In this document: positions 11,990-24,129 of the stretch, piece after piece | Layout: each line of letters opens with the position of its first letter | How positions within the stretch are numbered: position 1 is the first letter of the stretch | Assembly: GCA_030265395.1 (NCBI GenBank) | Contig: JARFYF010000017.1 | Coordinates: 33,833,339 to 33,897,338, forward strand | Reading direction: 5' to 3' | Origin: Rhina ancylostomus | Taxonomy: Eukaryota | Length of the DNA: 64,000 bases | Notes under the pieces: model-generated | Database searches by the model: none | The model's input: only the letters and a program-made list of their open reading frames with translations | Told to the model about the DNA's origin: nothing | Translations under genes and position numbers: made by a program

Positions 11990-14012
11990 ATTTGAAAGCT
12001 ATTCCAGGAACAGAATCAAGTATATCTAAAAACTGAGCTGCAAACCTTCACACAGGACCACTTACATGCTTAACACAAAGCACCATGCAATAGAAAAAGC
12101 TGTATGATCAAAGCTCTGAGCCACCACATCCAGTTGTGAATGGTGGTTAACACTAACAATAGGAGGAAACTCCAAAAACATGCTCATGTTTCAACAATAG
12201 CAGAGCCCCGCATATGAGTAGCAAAGACTAGACCAGCATTTGCAACTGAGTGACAGATCCATATTGGGTTCCTTCTGACATACTGACTAGCATAGAAGAC
12301 AAACCAATTTAGTTCACTCCAAATAATATCAAGAAACCCAGAAGAGCAAAGACTGGGTTGTGGTGAAGATTCATCACACGGCTGTAGTGGTGAAGATTTA
12401 TGCTGTATCATTCTAATACATTTCTGACCCAGCTATTACAAGTGCAGTTACAGTGCTGGCATCTGCTGGACGATATGGAAAGATGTCCAATTATGTGCTA
12501 TTTACAAAAATCAGGATAAATACAATCTTGCTCAATTGCCAAGCAGTATACTCTCCATCATCAGTAAGCTGATGGAAGGTATATCAACAGTACTGTTCAA
12601 CTCTGGATTGTGCTATACCTTTGGCCCAAAGAGGGGCCAAAGAACTGAGTTCCAGAGCCCTTGACATCAAGGCAGCATATGTTGAATATGCCCTCAAGCA
12701 GCCTTGGTAAAATTGAAGTCAATAGGAATTGACACAAAATCACTCTACTGGTTAGAGTCATACTTAATAAGAAGGAAGCTGGCCAGCCTGAGAATATTTT
12801 TAAATTTTATCTTTTATTTTAAATTTTTATTTACAGCGTGGTAACAGGCCCTTCCGGCCCAACGAGTCCATGCCGCCCATTTTAAACCCCAAATTAACCT
12901 ACCTGTACGCCTTTGAAATGTGGGAGGAAACCGGAGCACCCAGAGGAAACCCACGCAGACACGAGAGAACATACAAACTCCTTACAGGCAGTGGCGGGAA
13001 TCGAACCTGGGTCGCTGGTGCTGTAATAGAGTCGTGCTAACCACTGTGCTACCGTGCCACCCTTGCAAGCATCTTTGCAGGAATTTCTCAGGGCACTATC
13101 CTTGGCCCAAACACCTTCACTTATGTTATCAATGGCAATCCTTCTTCATGAAGTAAGCAGTGGGGATGCACTGGTAGCGCAACACTGATGTTCTTCTTTC
13201 ATTCTCAATTCCTCAGAAAGTGAAGCAATCCACAACTTATACAATATTCAGGCAAGATCTGATGTGTGGCATCAAAATTACTTGCCACTTAAATGCCCAG
13301 CAATTGCCATTTACCCTATGAGTGATTCCAACCATTTACGTCTGGCATTCAACAGCAGTGCTATTACCAAGTCTTCGACACACTGAAGTAGCTAGGTGGT
13401 TGGGAGATATCAGTGGCCAGAAACTTAGCTGTATCTATGACAGGAGTGCCATGACTACAAGAGCAAGTCAGAGGCTATCTATCCTATGGCAGTGACCCTT
13501 GATCTGACTTCCAAAAGCCTTATCACCATCTTCAAGGTAAAATTGTGATGCAAACTTATCTGGATAAATCTAACTCAGACAACACCCAAAGCTCATCACC
13601 ATCTGGGACAAGGTAGCCTGCTTGATTGATGCCCCTTCTACCACCCTAAAAGTTCACCCTCTTTCCACCACCAGTACTCTAAGGTTGCAAGTCTGTACCA
13701 TGTAAAATAATTGCAAAAATTACTCGCCAGGGCTTCTTCGACAGCACCCCTTAAATTTGTAACCTCTACCATGAAGAAGAATAAAGGCAGGAAGGCCACC
13801 TATAGGTTTTCATCCAAATAAAATACTTTCCAGACTTTGGAATATCTTGCCATTCCTCCACAATTGGTGGAACAAAGTTATGGATGCTCTTCCTTCACAA
13901 GCAGAACTTCAGCAGTCCAAGAGGCAGCTCAGAACCACTCTCTCTAGGGCAGGTAGGAATGGGCAATATACATTCTTGGCAGTGACACCCCCAATTTATA
14001 ACTGAGTAATAA
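11990..14012 (+). mobile_element. Decayed L2-clade LINE (ORF2 3' part plus tail), interrupted by a SINE
   Basis: gatcaaagctctg..ccacatccagttgtgaatggtgg, cccttgacatcaaggcagcat (ALDIKAAF-like), gcagga..ctcagggcactatccttggccca (GVPQGSVLGP-like) and tail ctagggcaggtaggaatgggcaata. Confidence 0.75.
12797..13062 (-). mobile_element. Young tRNA-derived V-type (HE1-like) SINE nested in the L2
   Basis: Minus strand: gggtggcacggTAGCACAGTGGttagc (A box) ... GGTTCGATTCC (B box) ... gcgtgggtttcctctgggtgctccggtttcctcccaca (V domain) ... gttgggccggaagggcctgtt (CR1-like tail) + A-rich end. Many CpGs retained. Confidence 0.88.
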
Positions 14013-15094
14013 AATATGTCTGCACTGAATTAGCTGAAAAATTGGATGCAGTTTTATATTTCAAAGAAAAAGAAAAATGTTACTTTTGATGAATTAATTT
14101 TAAATAAAATTTCTCATTCTAAATCCAGTTTAACATATTTACAGAGCTGTTCTATGAACTTAAGTGCTGCTAAATTTGCTGTACTCCTTCCCAGGATAGG
14201 AAAATATGTGTTGGTCTCTGAAGCTGTGAACGACTACTTATTTATTCAGTCGCCCATCTGGTATAGCTTGACTTAACTTTTTTTTTGTGGAATTTGCGAG
14301 TAGCTTGATGTATTTGACATCTGCATGACAGCTTCCTTGTATTTGAAAGGTGCAGTATGCTGCAATAACCCTGCTGTGTATATTTGTCTATGCATCAAGC
14401 TGAGGAGCAGCACTTAGCCATAAATGACAATCAAATGTGAGCAAGTACTAAAATTCAAGTGCATTTTCTTGTTGTTATTTTGGTATAGGTTGGATTTTTG
14501 ACATGGACAGTGACATGTGTCATAATTTCTATGGCCTCCATAATTTTTTTGTACTCATAAGCTGTATGGAATGATGAAAGCTATAGAACTGCAACATAGT
14601 GGAATTATTTATTTGCAGTTTAACATTTTATTATAAATTTTAACTGCATTTGTAATGAAACCACAATTATTTAGTTATCTTATGAGTAAGAAAGAATTAC
14701 CAATTAAATACCTGTTTTGACCAGGTGTAGCACTGCATTGCAACTCAGACCGGACTGGCACAACTTTACAATTTCATTTTGGCCATCTACCATGTTTCTT
14801 TGAAAGTATAAAGTCTCAAATAGAGTGCAGTACCTTCCACAAAAGAACTAGAGTGCCAGTTGTTCTGACCTTATTTGGCAATTCTGAGCATACAGCTTAG
14901 GTGAGATAATGGTTGAAACTTGGGTAAGTCATGCAAGAAGTAATACATAGTTATGAGAAAGCCTAATAAGGACCTTTTTAAAAAAAAATGCTAATTGTAC
15001 AAATATTGATTTGATGTTACTTGCACAAAATTCTACCATGCACGCAAGAACACTGATGCTAAAACTTTAATCTTTGTATTCTATTTAGCCACAG

Positions 15095-15995
15095 GATTTA
15101 CTTGAATTTGGAAAAGCATGGACTTATTAAGGACAGAAAACATGACTTTGTGTGGGGGGGAAGGCCTGTTTCACAAATTTGATTGAGTTGTTTGAGGAAG
15201 TGACAAAGATGATTAATAAAAGCAGGACAGTGAATACTGGTCTACATGGACTTTATTATAGCATTTGACGAGGTCCCTCGTGGTAGGCTGGTCCAGAAAA
15301 TTAAGTCACATGAGATCCACGGTAAGTTGGACCCAAAATTGTCTAGGTCATGTAAGGAAGTGGTAAAGGGGTGTTTTTCTGACTTTCATCACTGGTCAGT
15401 GACCTCATTGGTCCCATTGGATATAAAAGTGAGTATAAAAGTTGAGAAGTCATGCTGCAGCTGAATAAAAACTGGTTAGGACACCAAGGATGTGGAAGCT
15501 TTGGTGAGTGTGCAGAGGTTCATCAGGATGTTGTCTGGACTGGAGTGCATTAGCTATAAGGAGAACTTGGACAAATTCGGATTGTTTTTTCTGGAGTATT
15601 GGAGGCTGAGAGCAACCTGATAGAAGTATATAAAATTATGAGAGGCATAGGTACGGTAGATAGTCAGAATCTTTTTGTAATGGGTAGAAATGTCAAGTAC
15701 TAGAGGGCATAGGTTTAAGGTGAGAGGGAGAAAAGTTTAAAGGAGAATTGTGAGGTAAGTGTTTTTGCTCAGAGAGTGGTAGGTGCCGAGAACGTGCTGC
15801 CAGGGAAGGTGGTAGAAGCAAATACAATGGCAATATTTAAGGGGCATTTAGACAGACACATGAATAGGCAGGGAATGGAGGGATATGGATCATGTGCAGG
15901 CAGATGGGATTAGTTGAGATTGACATAATGGTCAACCCAGTCATGTTGGGCTAAAGGACCTGTTCCTGTGCTATACCTTTCTGTTCTATGTTCTA
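15095..15995 (+). mobile_element. CR1/HER1-like LINE, internally deleted ORF2 3' region and tail
   Basis: ORF 15246 reads MDFIIAFDEVPRGRLVQKIKSHEIHG (CR1 RT motif YMDFSKAFDKVPHGRLV). Ends gggctaaaggacctgttcctgtgct..ttctatgttcta, a typical CR1 tail. Confidence 0.88.
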
Positions 15996-17296
15996 AATTG
16001 GAGGGCTGAGGCCTGCTTGAACATTGGTTAAAGGATTCCATCTTACCTAGCCCATTGCCAGGGAATCCAAGGTTTTCATCTTCCTCCAAGTATGTGCCTT
16101 CTTTAAATGACTTATAGATATGCTATCATTCTATCTCAGAGGAAGGATGGGATTCCCTTTTTGCTAAAAGTGCACCCCCAATATTTGAATACAATTAACA
16201 GAGTATTTTAGTTATTGAGTTCTATTTTGAGTTATAAAATTGTGAGATTTTTTAATAGTGAATTACATGGTTAAAATTTTGCACAGCACATTTGTATGTT
16301 GTTGTATATTTTAAATCTGTTCCATTTGTTGTGAAACTTTGATTTCAAGAGATTGAAATCTTCCACTGGAGGTGAATCAGAGAAAGTTGTGGTTTTAGTC
16401 ACAGAAAAATCTTTTATAACATTTGTTTTTACATGTGTAAACTCTCATCAGTTGGTCGGCATGCCAAAATGATACTATATTTATTTCCTTGTATTTCATT
16501 GTTGCTTACAATGTTCATATGTCAAAAATTCCATGTAGGGTTCACTACGCTGAAAAAAAAACAAATTAGTAGAAACCTTTACTTATACAGTATGCCTGTG
16601 ATAAATCAGTATGCATCTGTCAGGGAGCTGAATGGTGAGCACCATCTCTTCACCACTCAATGTAAATTCCAGGCCAATATTTATATGAATTAAGCCAATA
16701 TTAGATTTTCAGTAGAACCTCTACATCCATTGTTGATTCTGTGCTTTTCATTTAGATGAAATGCAACCTTACCTCTTGCCTATTTATCCTTGTATTCAGT
16801 ACATCTCCAAAACTGTTTTATAGCAGGATTATTAACATTTGCCTCACTCTGTTGTCAATTTAAGCATTATAAATTTTTTTACGTCGATGCTGGCTGGAGG
16901 GAAACTAGCTAGCTTAATCACATTTCCCAGATCTTGGTGCGTATCTTTGTAGGTTACAGTGCTAAGTGCCATTAAAGTATTGCAAGTCTAATGTTCCTAC
17001 CACTCGTTTTCTTAGGTAATTAAGTTCCAGACCCCTCACCACTCCAGATGATTTTTCCCCCCCTTTAACCTTTCTACCAATTAGTTTAAACCTATGATCC
17101 TGGTTGTTGACCTCCTCTGCTAAGATAAATCCACTCCGTTTCAAACCCTCAATTTTATGCACCTCAGTTAAATCTCCCCTTCCAAACAACACAACCCCAG
17201 CCTCTCTGCACTTTCCTCAGAGCTAAGATTCCCTAGTCCTGAAGTAACAATCTCATTAATCTCATTTATGTCCCTTTCCAGTACTATTATATCCTT

Positions 17297-17580
17297 GAGA
17301 AACAAAAGACTGCAGATGCTGGAATCTCGATGAAAAACACTATGATGCTGGAGGAACTCAGCAGGCTAGGCAGCATCTTTGGAGAAACGCAGGTGGTCAA
17401 CATTTCGCGCCAGGATCCTTCTTCAGGACTCATCAATATTTCGGGTTAGGACCCTTCTTCAGGACCTGACCTGTCCTGTCCTGAAGAAGGGTCTTGACCC
17501 AAAACATTGACCGCCTGCTGTTCTCCATGGATACTACCTGGCCTGCTGAGTTCCTCCAGCATCATAGTGTTTTTCAACTA
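17297..17580. mobile_element. Fold-back element, probably derived from Penelope-like terminal repeats, with three hammerhead-like motifs and a TSD
   Basis: 17331-17366 is the perfect 36-bp reverse complement of 17541-17576, and imperfect pairing extends to ~100 bp. Flanked by the direct repeat tatatcctt (17288-17296 / 17581-17589). Confidence 0.8.
17432..17465 (-). ncRNA. Minimal type I hammerhead-ribozyme-like motif with complete core
   Basis: Minus strand reads GUC-CUGAAGA-A-GGGU(CCUA)ACCC-GAAA-UAUU-GAU: helix I GUC/GAU, CUGANGA and GAAA cores, 4-bp helix II, palindromic helix III remnant. Activity untested. Confidence 0.55.
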
Positions 17581-18567
17581 TATATCCTTATTGGAATGCA
17601 GTGATCTTAACAGAAAACAGTATTCTACCTGTTGTCTCACTACTTTATAAATTTCTCTGCTCTTTAATGAATCAAAGAAAGAATCAAATATGCTGCCTGA
17701 ATTGTCTTGTCTTGACTCCTTTGTTCCTCTACATTTCTTCTCGGTATTCTATCAGTTATTGCATCTGTTGGTTTGTTTTCTTCTATAGATTGAAGTCTAT
17801 TTGTCTGTTTTATTTTTACCTGACCAAGCCACTGACATCTTCCTGTAGTCTACAGATTTCTTCCTGTCTATAAATTGCACAATTTGTTTCTCAGCTCTGT
17901 TTCTCTGATCAGATCATTTCCCTATTTTGATCATTTTGTTCATTCAATAAAATTGTTTCAGTTCCAGGAAAGTTGTCAAAGTTGACTTTTTCTGATTACA
18001 AGCTTCCATTGTCTGAATTTCTTCACTGCATTTAAGAAGAAATATTAATTCTCGGGCAGAAAGGTGTCATATCATGTGGGCTGCCCATCCGCAGTGTGAG
18101 ACAAGACCCAATCCATTTTAACAACTGGGCATGATTAACCTTCTACTGAGTAGCTGTATGTCCGAAAATTGTCCAGAGGCAATTTGTGGATTCTAATGGT
18201 TGATTGGCTAAGGGTCACCAAGGTAGTAATTAGACAAGTCACCACATAGGATACGTGGTATTTTTGAAGGATTGAAGGAGTGGGGATTTCATGGCAGCAA
18301 TGGCCCAAATTTTATTTGTTTGTCCAAACGAAGCATTACTTCTCCTGCTGGACTTAATTCAGTTCAGTAACAGGTATATTTGCATTGAAGTCCTGATGAT
18401 GCCAGAGGATGCTGATTTACTGATCAGAGGCTCCTATAAGTCAGGTGAGTGTCCAACCACCCAAAAAAATGACTCTGGATCAAAAAAAATGGTATTCACT
18501 TCTGTGGGTGGTGGGGGGGGGGCTTGGTCCATGATGGTGGTGTGAGTGGATAATTTCTTCATGATGG

Positions 18568-18683
18568 AAAAGCAAAAACTGCAGTTGGTGGAAATCAGAA
18601 ATAAGATTAGAAAATATTGGAAATGGAAATAGACTGCATTTGTGGTAAGAGAAACAGAGTTAATGTTTCAGGTTGATGATCTG
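18568..18683 (-). mobile_element. Single arm of the Penelope-like terminal-repeat family
   Basis: aaaagcaaaaactgcag..ggaaatcagaaata..gagaaacagagttaatgtttcaggttgatga parallels the left arms at 17301 and 51992. Confidence 0.6.
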
Positions 18684-19284
18684 AAAATTTACCCTTATAA
18701 CTTATAATATTTTTTTCAACTTTTGAAGATAAAGGTTATGAATGCACACTATAGCACAAATTTACTTTGGCAATTTAAATTGTGTAGATAGGTATGTTGG
18801 CCCAGGGTATGAATCAGTGCAAAAGTAAGAAGATGCCAGAATTGAATTGTGATCTGTTCCATATTTACCAATCTCAGCAAGGTGGTCTTAAGGAGGATGC
18901 ACAAATAGTTTTGGGATCTCAAGAGTATGGACAAAAATACTTCTGATTGCTACCCAGCAACTCCAGGTAAAAACACTGGAAAGGAGATGTGGAAGGAAAG
19001 TCCTGTGTTAGATTATGGTGGCCTGTATGGTTCAAAGTTTAAGCTCATACTTGAAGGATGGTCATTTGGCAAAAGTACTGTAAAACTAACAGCTAATATG
19101 AAACTATGCCAAGAATGTGTCAGGAGGGTAGGGATTAAGGAGAAAAGGAAAACAACTGGAAATAATCAAAGTGGGAAAACCAGCAGAATTTATATGTACA
19201 ATTTAAATTTTTGCCCTAATAATCAATTGCCTTACTACCCATTCAAACTAATGATTTAATTTTTGTTACTTTTTAAGTGCAACT

Positions 19285-19465
19285 AAGACAGAAAATGATT
19301 TCACATCCTTGGGATGTCCCAAAGCAGTTAACAGCCAGTGAAACGTTTTTGTGGTGTCATCACTGCTGCACTAGGGAAACATGGGCAGCTAATTTGTGCA
19401 CAGCAAAGCCAAACAAAAACTAACCAGCCATCTGTTTTTTTTAAGTAGTGGAAATGTTGGTTGTT
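19285..19465 (-). mobile_element. Deu-domain SINE 3' fragment
   Basis: gggatgtcccaaagcagttaacagccagtgaa..gcagctaatttgtgcacagcaa matches the copy at 331-760. Confidence 0.6.
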
Positions 19466-22400
19466 TTAATTATCCAAATATATCCTTGCTCTTTGTTTTA
19501 AACAAAATATATTGGAATATAAATAAATTTTAATAAATGCTACACTGGACATTTAATTCAAAGTTTGAGATGAGGATTTTACAGTATATTTAAAACATTA
19601 GATCTGTGCTGTACTGTAGCGAAATCATGCTGTGAAATGGCAGTCAACTCAGTTTTATAAAACCTTAATATTTCTGAGGGAAATTTTTTCAAGCATAAGA
19701 AAATTGAGGAAATATAGTTCAAATTTTAGTTAAATAGGTGGCTGTCTTTCTCTGTGTTGTGTGTCAAATGTGTGGGATTAAGGCAAGAAACAGGAAATCC
19801 ATTGCTATCTGCTATTAAATAGCCATTTTAGCAATAAACAAAATAATTCAATCAGGAGTTAAAGTACCACCAAAGAGAAGTCAGCAAAACTTTGGTGAAG
19901 CCAGTGCAGTACTCTTTGTGTTTCAAAATTTAGCAATGTTCTGTGAGTCCCAAAGAAAAATAAGTCTTTAATGCACAATTAAATTGCTTTTGGCAGAAAT
20001 CTCCTGTATTAGTATGCCTTAGAAAAGTATGATTTCAAATGACAACTCTGTTCATTTTTTATAATGCATGTTCATACATTAGAAGTAAAAATCACTGAAT
20101 ATTCCACAGAGATGGACTTGTTTCTTTCATGTTAGCCTTTAATATGGATAAATCCACTGTGGCATAGTAATTGTAAATGACGAAGGTTACTCAAATTGTA
20201 GGTTGTTGATGAGTCTATTTAACATAATTTTGCAACAGTTATGTTCCTGAATTTTTAAATGGACATTATAATCAAGTAGCCTTATCAGTAACCATGATTA
20301 CTAGGAAACGATCTTCCATAAGGCCATTACTATTATTTGGTCATATTGACCTCCTTTTCTATGAATCCTGTGGAAAATTAAGAGAGTGAATAGCAAGGAC
20401 AATCCATTAGACCTTGATTTAGGAAGTAGAATAAAATGTAATCTACAGAGATCATACTACTCTATATCTCATCCTTTTCTGTCACTATTTCACATTTCAT
20501 AATAAGCTTCACACTTTTGTACACAATAATTGTGCTGTAGTGTTGCTCAGGATTGTGCTTAAAATCTAAATTGAAAATTGCCTGAAATAATGGCACTAAA
20601 AGGTGACTTTAAATACCTTAAGACATAATGTAGGAGATGCCTTATTTTATTATTTCAAAACTCCAACATGGAGTAATTGGGATTGTTGGCACCTTTTGTC
20701 CCATCAAGATCCATAAAATATTGTCATGTGCACTTTTGTGTCATGCATTGTGTCATTGGCTAGTGGGGAATGAGTGGACGGCAGGCAATGATGTTGCCAT
20801 TTTGGACCTCAACACTCCAGATAAACACCCACTCTTTGAGCAAGTGAATACACATTAGGAAACATGAAGGAATTCTATCATTTAAAAGCTCACGTTCTGT
20901 TAAAAGGTTAGTTGCTGATTGATTCCTTAAGTCCGTAGCTGGTGTTCTCTATATAATTGCTGCTTTTTACAGTTATGTCTTGTTGCAACTTTTTGTTGGG
21001 AATGCTGTGATGGATGTTGAACGACAATTTGCAGATTTGAAGACTTTTACATGAGGGTATATGGTAGGCATTCTTCATGAAATCTGACATAACTGGCAGA
21101 ATGAGCAGAATAAAAAGAAAGTAGAAAGAGAGGATCCTGGCAAAAATTTGTACCTTATTAGGCAGTTAAGGAAACAAACTTCCTATCTAAACCTCAGCAA
21201 GGTGAAATTGAGTCAGACAACTGCATTTCAATAAAAAAAATTCTTCCTGAAAACTGCCACCACTGCATCTACAACTGCAGCCTCAATGAAGGGAAAATAC
21301 AGCTGCACGAGTGGCAAAGTTGGCTACCAAGGAAATGTAGAGTGTCAGACTCCAAGTATCCATGTGAAGTTATTTGCAAAATGTTGTGATTTGCTTTGCA
21401 CTGTTATGTAAGGGAGGTCATTGGGGAAAAACTCTTGCTGATATGGAAAGCACTTGAGAAGCAAGAGAATGAAGCACGGGTGGAGAGAAAGAAAGAGGAA
21501 GAGAACAAGTAATCTCGACAACCTTTCCCTGACAGTCTGTTCATAAATATGGTACTGAATAGTCACTACCTCAGTTTTCTGAGAACTGTATTATCTTGGC
21601 TGGTAACAGTTCAGGATTGCTGTGGACAAGTAACAATAAAGGTATCGTTGAAGTGAGAGGGAAAGAATCAGGTTTTTGATCCATGGGTCTATTACCAGTT
21701 ATTGAAGTGAATCACTATCCATTTAACTTATTGACTTTCTTGTGATACAGTATGCCTCTGACTGACTGTGCTGCTTTGTCAGTGTCGTATGTTGGTTTGG
21801 ATTGTTCAGCAACCAAGAAGGATTCTCCTCCTGAAATATCTAGCTGGTGCTTGGTCTCATGCCATTTGTCTGACCATGTGAAGGCCCTGACCATTGTATT
21901 CCTTATGTGCAGGGTCATTAACTGTAAATCGGTTCTTTGGGCATCACTCCTGTTGTTGACATCCCACAGTTATCTGCTCTCACTCCAGTATATCTATGGA
22001 ATGCCTTTTTGTCCACTGCAGAAATAGGACATCTCTCCTACTTTGGGACTCGTCCATCAAGGTCATCACAATAAAGTCTGGAAATCATGCAGCTTGCTCT
22101 CTCCTATGTTGTAGTGTTCATCAATCTTTTCCATTATCAGAATCACTTGTAGAATTATTGATTACTCCTGCTAATGTGATAGCCAATTAACAGCAACTTA
22201 TCTGCAGCCTGGGTCAACAATAATTAAAATGAGCAGGCGGCACAAAATTAGTTTGCTGCTTACATTGGAACCAATAGATGTGACGTGGTCACCCATCATC
22301 CATCACTGTTCTGACTTCCCTTTTTGGACTCTATCAAATGTAGGTCCTTGGGAGCCATATTAATTATAAAATTTTAATTCTGAAGGACAGTGAAAGATAT

Positions 22401-22491
22401 TTGGCAGTATGAATGATAAAAAAACAATAATAACGTACTGTGCTGTTTTACTTTAAAATTAATTTATTTCATTATCTCCCTTTTCTAACAG

Positions 22492-22569
22492 AGGCAGAAG
22501 CTGCTAAGAGAGATTGAAGACCAGAAGCTTCCATATTTAACACCCAAAGATGTGGAGTTTGAACAGCTG
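22492..22569 (+). CDS. FTO: FTO exon 2 (78 nt, phase 0-0)
   Basis: Pyrimidine tract + CAG acceptor (..ttttctaacag) and GTATGT donor. Translates [26 protein letters not shown], matching human exon 2 ([26 protein letters not shown]) in length and in the LPYLTPKD motif. Confidence 0.96.
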
Positions 22570-22707
22570 GTATGTTAATATGCTATGAGACTGCAAAGTG
22601 CACTTAATTATTGTAAATATTCCACTATTGCCCAATAACCATTACCACACAGAGTTTATGACATCAGAAAACACCTTTTTAAATTCAACTTTGATATAAT
22701 GCTGAAT

Positions 22708-23620
22708 GTCAAGTTGAGTTTATTGTCATGTACGGTGAGGTACAGATGCAATGAAATGCTTGCAGCAGCATCACAGGCACGTAGGTACAAACAACACATA
22801 AATACACAAATTTTACATAAGTTATGCAATACAGTGAAGAGCAAGAGAGAAAAATACTGTACAAAAACCAGACCTTAGTGCAAAAAAAAGACAAGTCTAT
22901 GGTAGTGCAAGAGGTAGTCCCTAGTGTTCCATTGCTGAAGTAGGGTTAGGGATGTTTAGGTTGGTTCAAGAACTGATGGTTGTAGGAAAGTAGCTGATCC
23001 TGAACCAGGTGCTGTGGGACTTGGCTTCTGCACCTCTTGCCTGATGGTAACGGTGAGAAGAGGGCATAACCCGGACACTGGGAATCCTTGATGATAGATG
23101 CCACCTTAAGGCAGTGCCTTCTGTAGATGCTGTCAGTAGTGGGGAGGGCTGTGTCTGTGATGGACCAGGCTGTATTCACTACTCTCTGCAGCCTCCTGTG
23201 TTCCAGTGCTTTGGAATTGCCATATCAGGCCATTATGCATCCAGTCAGGACATTTTCAATAGTGCATGTGTTTGTATTTGAGAGTATTTGGTGACATGCC
23301 AAATCTCCCTAAGCTTCTAAGAAAGTAGAAGCACTGGCACACTGTCTTCTTGATTAAATCTGTGTGTTGGGCCCATGACAGGTAATCTGAGATGTTAATT
23401 TGAAGCTGCTTACTCTCTCGACCTCTAACCCACTAATAAGAACTGGTGGATGGTCTCCCAACTTCCCCTGTCTGAAGTTAACGATTAGCTCCTTGGTTTT
23501 GTTGACGTTAAGCGTGATGTTGTTATTGCGATACTACTCAACGAGATATTCTATCTCACTTTGACTCATTCAGTCAACAGCAGTGATATTGTCAGCGAAT
23601 TTATAGATGGTATTGGAAAT
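22708..23620 (-). mobile_element. Rex1/Babar-type LINE, decayed RT and C-terminus
   Basis: ORF 22946..23179 reads ITDTALPTTDSIYRRHCLKVASIIKDSQCPGYALFSPLPSGKR (Rex1-type C-terminus). Minus strand near 23470-23510 gives LNVNKTKELIVNFR, and near 23590-23605 gives YKFAD. Confidence 0.85.
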
Positions 23621-23814
23621 ATAATGAATATGTTAGGTAGCATTAAATCCTGATATGATATCTGGTAGGATTTTTGCATTGCACTTATCAATGTAGCAAG
23701 ATAAAAGCCTTATAGGGCAAGAGGTAATACACCTACTCCTAAGTACTGCTGTGTGAGTTCACTCTTAGGACTGTTGGTCATTTGATTTATAAATTATTAG
23801 GTTATTAGGCCACT

Positions 23815-23990
23815 ATAAATGATTAGGCTGATGTTCTACATCAGCTCGACCTTCCTGTCAACAGTCCCCTGTTCTCTTAATTCCCTTAGTATCTAAAAAT
23901 CTATTAATTTCTGCCTTGGATATATTTAATGATGGAGCTTCTACAGATTTAGAATAAGGTATTACGAACAATTGCAAGTGAAAAGGCATG
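23815..23990 (-). mobile_element. CR1-like LINE 3' tail fragment
   Basis: ORF 23858..24163 ends VEAPSLNISKAEINRFLDTKGIK, the typical CR1 ORF2 terminus. Confidence 0.7.
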
Positions 23991-24129
23991 TTTAGTTTTG
24001 TGAAATGCAACAACCGTGCTTCTTGTACAATATACATAAAGAATTCTGTTTTCACGTTGCTAGTACGGATTTCAGGCAATGCTTTCAATGAGGGGAGTAG
24101 CATGTTGCTTAACCTCTTAGCTCTGTTAC

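Larger units (their letters stand above)
16985..17640 (-). mobile_element. CR1-like LINE fragment split by the fold-back insertion at 17297-17580
   Basis: ORF 16962..17192 gives RGDLTEVHKI..DHRFKLIGRKVKG (CR1 ORF2 C-terminus). Sequence resumes after the duplicated tatatcctt. Confidence 0.7.

Noticed and set aside
12990-13062. tRNA-like sequence with A and B boxes
   Set aside because: It is the head of a SINE and continues directly into the V domain and LINE-like tail; not a tRNA gene.
13770-13810. ATGAAGAAG... (MKKNKGRK) as a possible FTO exon 1
   Set aside because: Lies within the L2 remnant, with no good phase-0 donor and no CpG island. Exon 1 is inferred to be upstream of the window.
15696-15712. 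Second CTCF-like string tactagagggcat
   Set aside because: Standard CR1 ORF2 sequence (TRGH motif) inside a LINE, and a poorer match.
16341-16360. Perfect hairpin gatttcaa-gaga-ttgaaatc (similar 8-bp stem near 42843-42863)
   Set aside because: 8-bp stems are expected by chance in 64 kb of AT-rich DNA and are too short for a pre-miRNA.
1-22491. Search by eye for the human rs1421085 (ARID5B-site) flanking sequence
   Set aside because: No convincing match seen. Needs a real alignment, and the site may be mammal-specific or outside the window.
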